From Caldilineaceae bacterium (GTDB taxonomy: Bacteria > Chloroflexota > Anaerolineae > Caldilineales > Caldilineaceae), in contig CBDBFE010000001.1 in assembly GCA_965204705.1 (NCBI GenBank), positions 35,827 to 99,826 of the forward strand: a stretch of 64,000 nucleotides of DNA. The letters are read 5' to 3'. The position numbers were made by a program, and so were the translations under genes. Within the stretch, counting starts at the first letter, position 1; each line of letters begins with the position of its first letter. Shown here piece by piece: positions 28,989 through 40,680 of the stretch. Below the pieces are notes generated by a model, which ran no database searches, was not told the DNA's origin, and was given only the letters and a program-made list of their open reading frames with translations.

Positions 28989-29657
28989 TCAAGAAGAATG
29001 GGGAAGTTCGTCCATCTGAACTGTAACCTTGCCAATCTCCATGGAGGTCGGGCAGGTTACGCCTGCGGTCACGATGTACTGCATTGCTTCTCCGTAGTTC
29101 CAGTCGATGGACTGTATTTCGCTCATTGGAACCTGCACCAGCCAGCCCGACTGAGGCATCGGGGTAGAGGGCATGTAGACCGCCCCGTAGCTTGTTCCCT
29201 GTTCGTCTGCGATGACGGCCATCAGAAAACCCACGCACCACACCCCGCGTCTTGGGTACTCCACCCGCACCACGGTATTGAAACCGGTATCGCTAGTCGT
29301 TGCGTCGGAGTCGGGCATCAGCTTCTTTGTGGTGGAGTAGACGGAGCCCAATCCGGGCGTCGATATGATCCCCTGCTCAATGAGGTGACCGAGAGTTCGG
29401 AACACGACAGTCGAGCCTAGCGCGTCGAACGCCAGCAGCACAATCACGATGATGGCGATGCTAAGACCAGGCACCTCCCGGCCGGCGACCGAGAAGATAA
29501 AGGGTTGAAAGAAGCCGTCCAGCGTGTCGTAGGCGAACTTGACCACCCAGAGAGTGACCAGCAGTGGTAGAAGCAGAATGGCCCCGCGTCCAAGACTGCT
29601 GGCGACTCTGGGTCCTAGCCTGCGATAGAGCGCTGCCGGCTCTGTTCTAATCGTCAT
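28989..29657 (-). CDS. DUF502-family membrane protein
   Basis: ORF track 222 aa. N-terminal LLPLLVTLWVVKFAYDTLDGFFQP and two TM helices, followed by a soluble domain. Family assigned from recall. Confidence 0.6.
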   Translation of the reverse strand: MTIRTEPAALYRRLGPRVASSLGRGAILLLPLLVTLWVVKFAYDTLDGFFQPFIFSVAGREVPGLSIAIIVIVLLAFDALGSTVVFRTLGHLIEQGIISTPGLGSVYSTTKKLMPDSDATTSDTGFNTVVRVEYPRRGVWCVGFLMAVIADEQGTSYGAVYMPSTPMPQSGWLVQVPMSEIQSIDWNYGEAMQYIVTAGVTCPTSMEIGKVTVQMDELPHSS

Positions 29658-29747
29658 GGTTCACCTCCATCGATTCCGGGACAACTGTTGGGTTGGCTGT
29701 GTTTCGATACCCTCCACTACGCCTCCTCCTTACCCCTCCAATCTGAC

Positions 29748-30438
29748 CAGGTCTTGTTGACAATGGGCGCAGGCCGCTTAAGAGTTGACAAGTGCAAGCC
29801 CTCAGCTACCTCACGCGACAAAAAAGGTGTCCTCCCCTTACTCGGCAGTTCACTGAAAACTAAAAACCGGCTACTAAAAACTGCCCCTCCGCGCCCTCCG
29901 CGGACAAAAAACTGTACTCCCCTTACTCGGCAGTTCACTGAAAACTAAAAACCGGCTACTAAAAACTGCCCCTCCGCGCCCTCCGCGGACAAAAAACTGT
30001 ACTCCCCTTACTCGGCAGTTCACTGAAAACTAAAAACCGGCTACTAAAAACTGCCCCTCCGCGTCCTCCGCGGACAAAAAAGGTGTACTCCCCTTACTCG
30101 GAGTTCACTGAAAACTAAAAGCCGGCTACTAAAAACTGCCCCTCCGCGCCCTCCGCGGACAAAAAAGTGTACTCCCCTTACTCGGCAGTTCACTGAAAAC
30201 TAGAAACCGGCTACTAAAAACTGCCCCTCCGCGCCCTCCGCGGACAAAAAACTGTACTCCCCTTACCCGGCAGTTCACTGAAAACTAGAAACCGGCAACT
30301 AAAAACTGCCCCTCCGCGCCCTCCGCGGACAAAAAAGTGTACTCCCCTTACTCGGCAGTTCACTGAAAACTAAAAACCGGCTACTAAAAACTGCCCCTCC
30401 GCGTCTATCCCGGTTCAAGCAAAAGTCAACGAGCCCTG
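29748..30438 (+). mobile_element. TIR-element family C, copy C5, carrying 7 tandem 85-bp units
   Basis: Left end CAGGTCTTGTTGACAATGGG plus core CTTAAGAGTTGACAAGTGCAAGCCCTCAGCTACC. Right end AAAAGTCAACGAGCCCTG. CACTGAAAAC recurs at 29851, 29936, 30021, 30106, 30191, 30276 and 30361 (period 85). Confidence 0.75.
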
Positions 30439-30548
30439 AACCATATAAACGCCTTCCCATTGCTGTCATTGCGCGCCGCGCTTCTTGCCCGCATGATCCC
30501 GGCTTTGAACTCCCTGGCCCCCAAAACAGCGCCCATCACCGGCTTCAA

Positions 30549-30590
30549 ATGGTTGCGGAAGTCGAAGCCGGCGGTCAGCCCGGTCTGCTG
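30549..30590 (-). pseudogene. IS remnant (transposase tail fragment), copy 2 of 3
   Basis: GGTTGCGGAAGTCGAAGCCGGCGGTCAGCCCGGTCTGC is identical in its core to 31610-31650. Confidence 0.4.
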
Positions 30591-30655
30591 AAGTGGGCCC
30601 GGGAACCGGACCGCAGGCCAAGGTCTATCAATCGACCCGGTTCACGTCGAAAACG

Positions 30656-31006
30656 CTAACGCCATCGCATGCCGCGTATTTCCGCCTCCAGCTCACGAAT
30701 CCTTGCGGTATTCTCAAAGTGCCTTCCTCTGCCCATGTAGTTAGCGACAACATTGGCCAGGATCGCGATCATCAACGTCGCCAGGATATATGTGGCCAGC
30801 CGCAAACGCTGCGCCCCCTCGGCATCGAGACGCGCCCGCAGACCTTCATCTTCAATGGCGCCCTCCTCGACAAGAACCCCATAGAACTCGATGATCTCGG
30901 CCGCTCCCGTTCTGTGCGCCGATTCCGCCAGCTGGAAAAGCAGGAACAGCATCGCCACAATCGTAATCAGGTTGAACACAACCGGCTGAAAAAGTTTGTC
31001 CTTCAC
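30656..31006 (-). CDS. Small two-TM membrane protein (tandem paralog A)
   Basis: ORF track 116 aa. Shares P(V)(V/I)FN(L/I)(I/V)TI.A.L…L.ATALIAILANV(V/I)AN…IR(E/Q)LEAE with 31008..31367. Confidence 0.55.
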   Translation of the reverse strand: MKDKLFQPVVFNLITIVAMLFLLFQLAESAHRTGAAEIIEFYGVLVEEGAIEDEGLRARLDAEGAQRLRLATYILATLMIAILANVVANYMGRGRHFENTARIRELEAEIRGMRWR

Positions 31007-31007
31007 C

Positions 31008-31367
31008 TTACGACCTCCTTGATCGCAATCCGTGCAGTTCCGCTTCCAACTGGCGAATCCTGTCTTGGTTCACGCGCTGTCTCCTGCGGCCAAGATGATT
31101 GGCGATGACGTTGGCAAGAATGGCGATGAGCGCCGTGGCGCTCATGCTGATGTTGAACCTCTGTCGCCACGCCTGATCGGTCGCCAGACGCAAACTCGAG
31201 GTCTCGTCCACGGCGTCGCTTTCCGGAGCATGTTCCAGAATAAGCTGAATAGCCTCAGTCGTTGCGGACATCATGCGCGCCGGCGCCGTCAGCGTCTGGG
31301 CCAGGCAAAGCAGCAAGGCCGCAATTGTGACAATGTTGAAAATTACAGGTCGGTTAAGCTTGTCCAT
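31008..31367 (-). CDS. Small two-TM membrane protein (tandem paralog B)
   Basis: ORF track 119 aa. One nt separates its stop from the start of paralog A. Confidence 0.55.
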   Translation of the reverse strand: MDKLNRPVIFNIVTIAALLLCLAQTLTAPARMMSATTEAIQLILEHAPESDAVDETSSLRLATDQAWRQRFNISMSATALIAILANVIANHLGRRRQRVNQDRIRQLEAELHGLRSRRS

Positions 31368-31603
31368 CGCTTCATGCCCTCCTTGCGGTTATGCGCATGG
31401 CAGGCGAGACGGTTATCGTTGTCCGCCTCGCCCTGCCTCTGCAGTTCCTGGTCGTTCTCCCTTTCGCCGGCCTCGCGGGAGCGATATCTATGCTCGCCTG
31501 TGGCCTGAATACACGCCTGCGCGCACGCAGAACCGGCCAGGCCGTCATGCGAATTTTGCGCCGCGAAACGCGCAACCTCGCCGTCGCGACCTTGATATGG
31601 TCT

Positions 31604-31700
31604 CCCATGGTTGCGGAAGTCGAAGCCGGCGGTCAGCCCGGTCTGCGCCTGCATCTTTGCAGCCCCAGATGCCTGTGCCGGACAGCGCGCTGTCCGGCAC
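31604..31700 (-). pseudogene. IS remnant (transposase tail fragment + palindrome), copy 3 of 3
   Basis: The minus strand reads MQAQTGLTAGFDFRNHGRPYQ. It is adjacent to the perfect palindrome GTGCCGGACAGCGC|GCTGTCCGGCAC (31674-31700). Confidence 0.4.
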
Positions 31701-31998
31701 AGGTGAAACCGCCGCCCCGCACGGCCCGCCCGCCTCACCGGCGGTCTTTCCTCTCCAGTTTTAAGTCCCTGAAGATGCGCCATGCCAGGTACCCGTACAG
31801 GCTGCCGACCACAACGAACGTCAGCGGTTTGGACACCGGCCACGTGTAGGCGGCCGCAAACAGGCCGATCAGGAAAATTGCGACATCAACCGCCTTTGTC
31901 ATCGGGTGGCCCTCCAGTCAGGAAAAATCCCCAGTACGGCTCTTCTTGTTGAATCTGAGGCCCGCGGCCGCGGACGCTCTCCCACAACGGCATCAGGC

Positions 31999-32412
31999 TC
32001 ATCCCCCCGTCTTCCTTCGCAACTGGCGGCGCACGTGAACGGCCGCCAGGCCTGCCGCCGCAATGGGCAAGATGCATATCGGTACATTTGTCAGGCTCTC
32101 GCACATGGATTCATTCCGGTAATAGGACGCCCCCCGGCAAAGTACGAACTGCAGCTCCAGGAATCGCCATAGCAAATTGAGTGTGGCAGCGGCAAGAAGG
32201 GCAAGCGTGTAGGCCGTGCCTTTCCAATAGGCAAACGCCGAAATAACTGTCACGATCACAGAGACGGCGATGAACTCGTGCGCGACGAAGTCCAGCAGGA
32301 TACTGTCCGGGTACCGCTCGGCAACGCGGGGAAGGACCAGGACGAGCACGCGCAACAATATAAAAGCGGCAGCTGCTAAGACAGCCGGCGGACCAGAAAT
32401 AACGCTCCTCAT
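31999..32412 (-). CDS. Integral membrane protein, unknown function
   Basis: ORF track 137 aa, four hydrophobic helices. Confidence 0.5.
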   Translation of the reverse strand: MRSVISGPPAVLAAAAFILLRVLVLVLPRVAERYPDSILLDFVAHEFIAVSVIVTVISAFAYWKGTAYTLALLAAATLNLLWRFLELQFVLCRGASYYRNESMCESLTNVPICILPIAAAGLAAVHVRRQLRRKTGG

Positions 32413-32432
32413 CTTTTCTCTTCTGGTAGAAC

Positions 32433-33230
32433 TTCTCCGCGCCCCGCCGCGTCCGCCGCGGACAAAAAAGGTGTACTCCCCTTACTCGGCAGTTCACTGA
32501 AAACTAAAAACCGGCTACTAAAAACTGCCCCTCCGCGCCCTCCGCGGACAAAAAAGGTGTACTCCCCTTACTCGGCAGTTCACTGAAAACTAAAAACCGG
32601 CTACTAAAAACTGCCCCTCCGCGCCCTCCGCGGACAAAAAAGGTGTACGCCCCTTACTCGGCAGTTCACTGCAAACTAAAAACCGGCTACTAAAAACTGC
32701 CGTTCCGCGTCCTCCGCGGACAAGAAAAGTGTACTCCCCTTACTCGGCAGTTCACTGAAAACTAAAAACCGGCTACTAAAAACTGCCGTTCCGCGTCCGC
32801 CGCGGACAAAAAAGGTGTCCTCCCCTTACTCGGCAGTTCACTGAAAACTAAAAACCGGCAACTAAAAACTGCCGTTCCGCGTCCTCCGCGGACAAGAAAA
32901 GTGTACGCCCCTTACTCGGCAGTTCACTGCAAACTAAAAACCGGCTACTAAAAACTGCCGTTCCGCGTCCTCCGCGGACAAGAAAAGTGTACGCCCCTTA
33001 CTCGGCAGTTCACTGAAAACTAGAAACCGGCTACTAAAAACTGCCGTTCCGCGTCCTCCGCGGACAAGAAAAGTGTACGCCCCTTACTCGGCAGTTCACT
33101 GAAAACTAAAAACCGGCTACTAAAAACTGCCGTTCCGCGTCCTCCGCGGACAAAAAAGGTGTACGCCCCTTACTCGGCAGTTCACTGAAAACTAAAAACC
33201 GGCTACTAAAAACTGCCGTTCCGCGCCCCG
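32433..33230 (+). repeat. Tandem array of 9 units of 86 bp (same unit family as 29817-30406), without recognisable TIRs
   Basis: CACTG(A/C)AAAC recurs at 32495, 32581, 32667, 32753, 32839, 32925, 33011, 33097 and 33183 (period 86). It fills the gap between the stop of 33234..34310 and the start of 31999..32412. Confidence 0.8.
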
Positions 33231-33233
33231 CAG

Positions 33234-34310
33234 CTACCAGACCCGGTGTTCCACCTGATTGCTCCGGTCGAGCGTGAAAATATAGGGCTTGTTCGCAGCG
33301 ACAGGTGTATCCGCATAGTAGGTGCTGACCCGAACCACCTCCTCGTCGCGCAGATAATCGATGAGCACCGGCTTGCCGCTCATCGGATTCACGCCGCTGT
33401 ACAGCTCGATTACGCGCGCAAGCGGTGTTGCGGCCGGTTCCGGCCTGTCGAGCGCCTCGCGGAACCTCCTTTTGACCGATTCGATCACCGACGAAGGATA
33501 TCTGCCGGCCAGGTCGCTGACTGAAGACAGATACGGCCCTGTTTGCGTAGCGCCGTCCGGCCCGATGAAATAGTACTGCAGCCCCTCCCCTGCCTGGCAG
33601 AGCTGCGCCGGCGTCGCAAAATGCTTCACGATGCACGCCATGTCCGGCGTCGGCGCAGCCGCTGGCCTTGCCGTCCGCGTCGCCGTTGGGACCGGTGTCG
33701 GCGTTGCTGTCGGCGCCGGTGTGTAAGTCGGCGTCGCCGTTATTGTCGGCGCCGGCGTGTAGGTCGCCGTGGCCGTTGATGCCGGCGCCGGTGTGTAGGT
33801 CGGCGCTGCCGTCGATGCCGGTGCCGGCGTATAGGTCGCCGTCGCCGTTGATGTCGGCGTCCGCGTGTAGGTCGGCGCCGGTGTGCGCGTGCGCGTCGGT
33901 CTCGGCCTTGGCGTGCGCGTCACCGTTGCTGCCGGCGCCGGCGTGTAGGTCGCCGTGGCCGTTGATGCCGGCGCCGGTGTGTAAGTCGCCGTCGGCGTGG
34001 CTGTGTCTGCTGGCGTCGACGTAGCGGTTGCGGTCGACGTCGCGGTCCCTGTTGCGGTCGACGTAGCGGTTGCGGTCGGCGTAGCGGTCCCTGTTGAGAT
34101 CGACGTCGCGGTGGCGGTCGGCGTGTGCGTTCCGCAGATATCATCATGGTCCGGATCCCCGTCGGGGATCTGCTCGATCGCCTCTGGGTTAGAAGTGTCC
34201 AGGCACGAATGCAGCATCTCACGCGCCTCGACCGCTGGCGCGCGCTGCAGTATCAAAAAAAGCGCCGGAACTACCAGGGCCAGCGCGATCGCAATCATCT
34301 TCCTGTCCAT
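33234..34310 (-). CDS. Secreted Pro/Thr/Ala-linker protein with a distinct C-terminal domain (family member P3)
   Basis: ORF track 358 aa. Signal-like N-terminus, EAREMLHSC…HDDICGTH motif, (A)TYTPAPASTA repeats, and a ~140-aa non-repetitive C-terminal domain. Confidence 0.65.
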   Translation of the reverse strand: MDRKMIAIALALVVPALFLILQRAPAVEAREMLHSCLDTSNPEAIEQIPDGDPDHDDICGTHTPTATATSISTGTATPTATATSTATGTATSTATATSTPADTATPTATYTPAPASTATATYTPAPAATVTRTPRPRPTRTRTPAPTYTRTPTSTATATYTPAPASTAAPTYTPAPASTATATYTPAPTITATPTYTPAPTATPTPVPTATRTARPAAAPTPDMACIVKHFATPAQLCQAGEGLQYYFIGPDGATQTGPYLSSVSDLAGRYPSSVIESVKRRFREALDRPEPAATPLARVIELYSGVNPMSGKPVLIDYLRDEEVVRVSTYYADTPVAANKPYIFTLDRSNQVEHRVW

Positions 34311-34370
34311 ACGTTATATCTCCCCATTCAGGTTACGTGTACAGCCGTTTCTCAACTACAACATCCCAAT

Positions 34371-34440
34371 CTAGCAGACTTTTCGTGCCAAAGGGGTGAC
34401 AGAAGAGTGTGTTTTGTACCAATATGGTGTCAGTTTTTGA
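34371..34440 (-). promoter_or_regulatory. Conserved non-coding block (second copy of 18261..18332)
   Basis: The reverse complement reads TCAAAAACTGACACCATATTGGTACAAAA…TTCTGTCAC…GGCACGAAAAGTCTGCTAGA. It lies 60-130 nt upstream of the P3 start, in the divergent intergenic region shared with the hybrid kinase. Confidence 0.5.
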
Positions 34441-34565
34441 ACGGCGGTTTTTAGTCCTCGGCCCTGTTCGGTTATAGTGAACTGCCGGGTACGCGAAAAT
34501 CCCCCTTTGCACGCGGGAGAACCGCGTTTCCTGCCTTAGGGTCGGGAGAGGGCGCGGCGCTTTGA

Positions 34566-36968
<2,403 letters not shown>

Positions 36969-37098
36969 AGCCCCCGGCAGCGCCCGCCATGAATGAACAC
37001 AGCCGCACTGCCGGCGCCCTCTTCATCTTGTCCGCGTAAAGGAAGACACGGTGAAATGAAGCGAACTGCAAGGAACGGCCCTGTCTTCCCGGAACCCT

Positions 37099-37917
37099 TT
37101 GCGTCAACTCTCCGTTATCAGGGTGAACTCGGCCTCGAAGGCCGCGTGCCCTGAGAGATTCCCCAAGAAGCCTGAGGTGAAAGAACGGATGAAATCGATT
37201 ATTGACCCCTCGTCGGACGTCGCCGCATCCGAAGTCAGGGGAGGCCGGTTAAGGCAGATCGTTCTGGCGCTGGCTATCCTCCTTCTCACACTGGTAGTGT
37301 CTGGGGCAATCTTTGGCGCCAGAGCCTTCCTGGAGGGCCAAGAGATTAGGGAATATGTTGGCGGGCCTTACGGTTCGCAGCTGCTCTATCTGCAGGGGTG
37401 CGAGTTGGGTGCGTCGGGCGGGGGACAGACGACCGCTTCGCAAACTCTGGAGGAGCAGATCGAATTTTGCCGGCGAACGGTATCCTCACGCGCCGGTTAC
37501 TATGTTTACGATTTCAATATCAAGAGATCGGTCGCTCTTTCCAGGGAGGATATGGATCTTTGGCGGCAGTACGCGGTTCTCGCCTTCCCCGGGTCTCTCG
37601 GCGAAGCGGTCGGCAACAGCGAAACCAACCAATTCAACAGAATCGTTCCCTTTGAGGCGTTCCCAGGATTTGAGTACGACTGCGTTCTGGACGATAACCA
37701 ATCTGAAGCCAGCTGCAAGGTTGCGACAGCGTCATGCGAATTCAGCGGCGAAGCGATCCGGTGCACCGTGTTCAACCCGCAATCCGAAAGCGCTGAACTA
37801 CACCTCATCGAACGGGACAAAAAACTCGATCTCTTCGTGCCGCACGGGTTCATCACAGGACCTGATCTGTATAAAATGCTTAAGCCCCGCTTCTTTCCGT
37901 CCCTCGACTCGATGTAG
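37099..37917 (+). CDS. Hypothetical membrane-anchored/secreted protein
   Basis: ORF track 272 aa (start possibly MKSIIDPSS at 37189). One TM/signal-anchor ILLLTLVVSGAIFGA and several Cys residues in the soluble part. Confidence 0.45.
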   Translation: MRQLSVIRVNSASKAACPERFPKKPEVKERMKSIIDPSSDVAASEVRGGRLRQIVLALAILLLTLVVSGAIFGARAFLEGQEIREYVGGPYGSQLLYLQGCELGASGGGQTTASQTLEEQIEFCRRTVSSRAGYYVYDFNIKRSVALSREDMDLWRQYAVLAFPGSLGEAVGNSETNQFNRIVPFEAFPGFEYDCVLDDNQSEASCKVATASCEFSGEAIRCTVFNPQSESAELHLIERDKKLDLFVPHGFITGPDLYKMLKPRFFPSLDSM

Positions 37918-38269
37918 ACAGGCACAGGCGCCCTCCTCTGCCGGACTGCCCATGCTGAAGCAAAGCGCTCCCGGGAAGGTTCTCCGCTCAGGAGCGGCTC
38001 GCTTTTGACCGCCGCTGTGCGTAGCGCGCCTGCACGCCTTCCGCAAAGGCACAAAAAATGTGGGCGGGCACGAATGCGCAGTTGCGTTTGCCGTAGTCGC
38101 CGCTCAGCCACCGGGGCGAGTAGCGGGCGGCGACACAGGACCTGATTTCGTCGGTCTGAATGGGGCCGGCGGAGCGCCGGACGCGGCTGTCGACGACAAG
38201 GACGTCACCGGCATCGCCGCAGACCTGCTCTTCGTGGGGAATCGGGCTGAGGCCATGGTACAAACATCG

Positions 38270-38340
38270 CGGGCAGTTCACTGAAAACTAAAAACCGGCT
38301 ACTAAAAACTGCCTTTCCGCGTCCCTCCGCGGACAGAAAG
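38270..38340 (+). repeat. Solo copy of the 85/86-bp unit
   Basis: CGGGCAGTTCACTGAAAACTAAAAACCGGCTACTAAAAACTGCCTTTCCGCGTCCCTCCGCGGACAGAAAG. Confidence 0.75.
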
Positions 38341-38371
38341 GGCCCTTCTGCGCTGTTCTCATCCGACTGCT

Positions 38372-38827
38372 TCAGGGGGCGACAGGCGGTACCAGAGACG
38401 CATCCTCATTGCCCTGCAGTCGCCGTATCTCCTCGGCCAGTTCAACAAAACGGCCATAGCTGCCGAAACGATACGTTGTTCGTTCGTCTATCGAGACTCG
38501 TCTCCACCTCTCTTTGCCGGTCCCCTTGCGACAAGCTACAGGACCACTCGCCGGCGCCGCTTCCACGATGCCCAGCCTGATAAAATCGAAGACCAGCTCG
38601 GCAACGAGCTCAGGCGTCATGCTTCCGTGACGGTAGCCGCCCGACCTCCTGGCAATCTGGGTATGCGTTGCCGAAAACTCTCTGCCGCCGCACGCGTCTG
38701 CCATCTCCGCCATACACGTAAGCAGCATCCGGTATTGCGGGTACATCAAATCGAGCAGTCCGCTCCCTCTCAACGCCCCGGTTACGTTCCCAAAACTGTG
38801 TTCACCCATCCGTGCCCTCATCATCAT
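38372..38827 (-). CDS. Hypothetical protein
   Basis: ORF track 151 aa, non-repetitive. Possible HTH around FSATHTQIARRSGG. No family recognised. Confidence 0.4.
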   Translation of the reverse strand: MMMRARMGEHSFGNVTGALRGSGLLDLMYPQYRMLLTCMAEMADACGGREFSATHTQIARRSGGYRHGSMTPELVAELVFDFIRLGIVEAAPASGPVACRKGTGKERWRRVSIDERTTYRFGSYGRFVELAEEIRRLQGNEDASLVPPVAP

Positions 38828-39007
38828 CAGGCTGAACAGCTGTCTCGCCGGTCGATCTGCGTAATTTGACTTCAGCAGCGACTCTCAAATCAGATCTCGC
38901 AGCTTCCCCCGAAAGTACCGGAAACTGGGAGATGCGTTGTTCTCCACATCCATCAGCGGGGCGATTTTCGTCGCCCATGCCGACTTCTCCCTGCCCACAG
39001 CCTGCCC

Positions 39008-39458
39008 TCACCTTCCCGCCAGCGCTCTTGAGCCGCCCGGAAATACAGCGTCCCTGCCCTGCGGATACGCCCCCTTGATCGCGGTCATGTCGCCGAGTAG
39101 CCAGGCTTCGCCTTCTTCGATCGCAATACAGAAGCGGGTGTCCGGTTTAGGATCGCACGCATGGAGGACTGCGAAGAGCTCCTGGCGAAACGTCTTCAGA
39201 CAGTTGTCATCCAGGTCGCAGACCACGATCACCGCCGCCGCGCCCGCGTGCATCGCAGGCATCTTCCACGCCGGACTTCAGAGCATCGGCCAGGAACCCG
39301 AACGCATCAAACAGGGCGCTCTTGCCGGCCCCGTTCTTGCCGATAACCGCCGTCAAGGCGGTGAGCGGCTGGCCTTCGGGTTGATTCCACAGACGGCCCA
39401 GGGTCACATCCCTGAGCGCCTTGAAATTCCTTACTCGGAACCCCTGAATCCTGGCCAT
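39008..39458 (-). pseudogene. Remnant of an AAA/OLD-like ATPase + DUF4276 gene pair (large internal deletion)
   Basis: Track ORF 39207..39506 contains MARIQGFRVRNFKALRDVTLG…LTAVIGKNGAGKSALFDAFGFLADAL (ATPase N-terminus with Walker A) and then loses sense. Track ORF 39008..39262 has VIVVCDLDDNCL…IAIEEGEAWLLGD, which I associate with DUF4276. Confidence 0.5.
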
Positions 39459-39692
39459 CTTGCAGCCCCCGTTTTCTACACGGTAGGACAGGTCAATCCA
39501 AGACAAATCGGCCTTGGCGCGTCGGGACTACTTGGTCTCGGCGTCCAACCTCCCTATTGTCCTTGGGAAGTCGTATAATGTAAATCATGGCTGAGTCCTC
39601 TCCTCCCCTGTGCGGACCTTCTTTTGTTATCGCACACCGCCCGCAAGTTGTAGAATGCTTCATGTACGGAAGCACGCCTTGATGGGAGACGC

Positions 39693-40010
39693 ATGAGGGA
39701 CACAGAGACTGCGGTGCCCGCCCAGGGTAGGCAAACCACCATGCCCCCGCGCCGCCCTCGCGCAGAGACGGCCCGCTTGGGCGACGAGATATATGAGCGG
39801 GACATCCGTCCGCAGGTCGAGGTGGACCACCACGGGGAATATGTCGCCATCGACGTTGACAGCGGAAGCTGGGCCATCTCCGACGACCTTCGGGCGGCAG
39901 CCAAGCGTCTGCGGACGCAGCGCCCCGGCGCTGTTGACGTCTGGCTGCTTCGGGTTGGATACCGGGCCCTGCATCACTTTGGGGGTCGTCCCCTTCGGAG
40001 CGCCGGGTGA
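39693..40010 (+). CDS. Small protein preceding the aspartyl-protease gene
   Basis: ORF track 105 aa. …YERDIRPQVEVDHHGEYVAIDVDSGSWAISDD…. Stop overlaps the GTG of the next ORF (GTGA). Confidence 0.5.
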   Translation: MRDTETAVPAQGRQTTMPPRRPRAETARLGDEIYERDIRPQVEVDHHGEYVAIDVDSGSWAISDDLRAAAKRLRTQRPGAVDVWLLRVGYRALHHFGGRPLRSAG

Positions 40011-40367
40011 TAGAGGGCGTGGTGAACGCCGCCTATGAGCCGGTAGTGGTCCTGACCGTACATGGTCCATCGGGGCAGGCAACTGAAATCGAGGCGATAA
40101 TAGACACCGGCTTCAACCGTGACGCCTGCGTTGGCGGCGGAATTGGAACTATCCCTTGAGGGCGCGAGCCGGGCAACCCTTGCCGGCGGCAGCGAGGTGA
40201 CCTTCGATCTTTACGACGTTGCGGTGCTCTGGGACGGTCAGCCGAGATATGTCCTGGCCGGTGCTGCCGATACGACGCCTCTCGTGGGTATGCGCATGCT
40301 GGACCGCCACAACCTGAACATCGACGTAGAGAACGCAGGCCGCGTCGTCATCCAGGCCAAAGAGTAG
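40007..40367 (+). pseudogene. Retropepsin-like (clan AA) aspartyl protease, frameshifted
   Basis: Own translation from GTG 40007: VIEGVVNAAYEPVVVLTVHGPSGQATEIEAIIDTGFN (D-T-G motif), then premature stop. The rest is in another frame (track ORF 40119..40367: …TPALAAELELSLEG…LVGMRMLDRHNLNIDVENAGRVVI). Frame break near 40100-40120. Confidence 0.55.
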
Positions 40368-40544
40368 CCGCACTCCTCCTTTCCCGCCGCAGCGGGCATT
40401 GCCCCGATCACTTGGGGAAAATTACCCCAGGGCAACTGCTGAGCTTGGCCCCGGAAACTGGACCACAAGCTACAGTTCATAGTAGAGCATCAATCTCCCC
40501 TCGCAAATCTGCCGGATTTGTCTTCGACGAGGATTTCAAAAGGC

Positions 40545-40642
40545 GGCCCAGGGTCACATCCCTGCGCGCCTTGAAATTCCTTACTCGGAACCCCTGAATC
40601 CTGGCCATCTTGCAGTCCCTATTTGCTACACGGTAGGACAGG
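40545..40642 (-). repeat. Second copy of the 5' end and upstream region of the ATPase remnant (compare 39388-39492)
   Basis: GGCGGCCCAGGGTCACATCCCTG(C/A)GCGCCTTGAAATTCCTTACTCGGAACCCCTGAATCCTGGCCATCTTGCAG…CTACACGGTAGGACAGG. Confidence 0.65.
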
Positions 40643-40680
40643 GATCACGTCCCGTCTGCCCTGAACGCCAGTCGTAATGC

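Noticed and set aside
29717-29938. Short ORFs starting MNCRVRGV… inside the repeat units (also 32111..32497, 33106..33636, 37988..38281)
   Set aside because: Their starts and most of their length are generated by the repeat unit itself. The unit length (85/86 bp) is not a multiple of three, so the frame changes every unit.
29817-33230. The 85/86-bp arrays as CRISPR arrays
   Set aside because: Whole units, including the would-be spacers, are near-identical from copy to copy, so there are no unique spacers. The unit is 85-86 bp rather than repeat plus spacer of about 60-75 bp with only the repeat conserved. No cas genes are in the window. One array is bounded by transposon-like TIRs.
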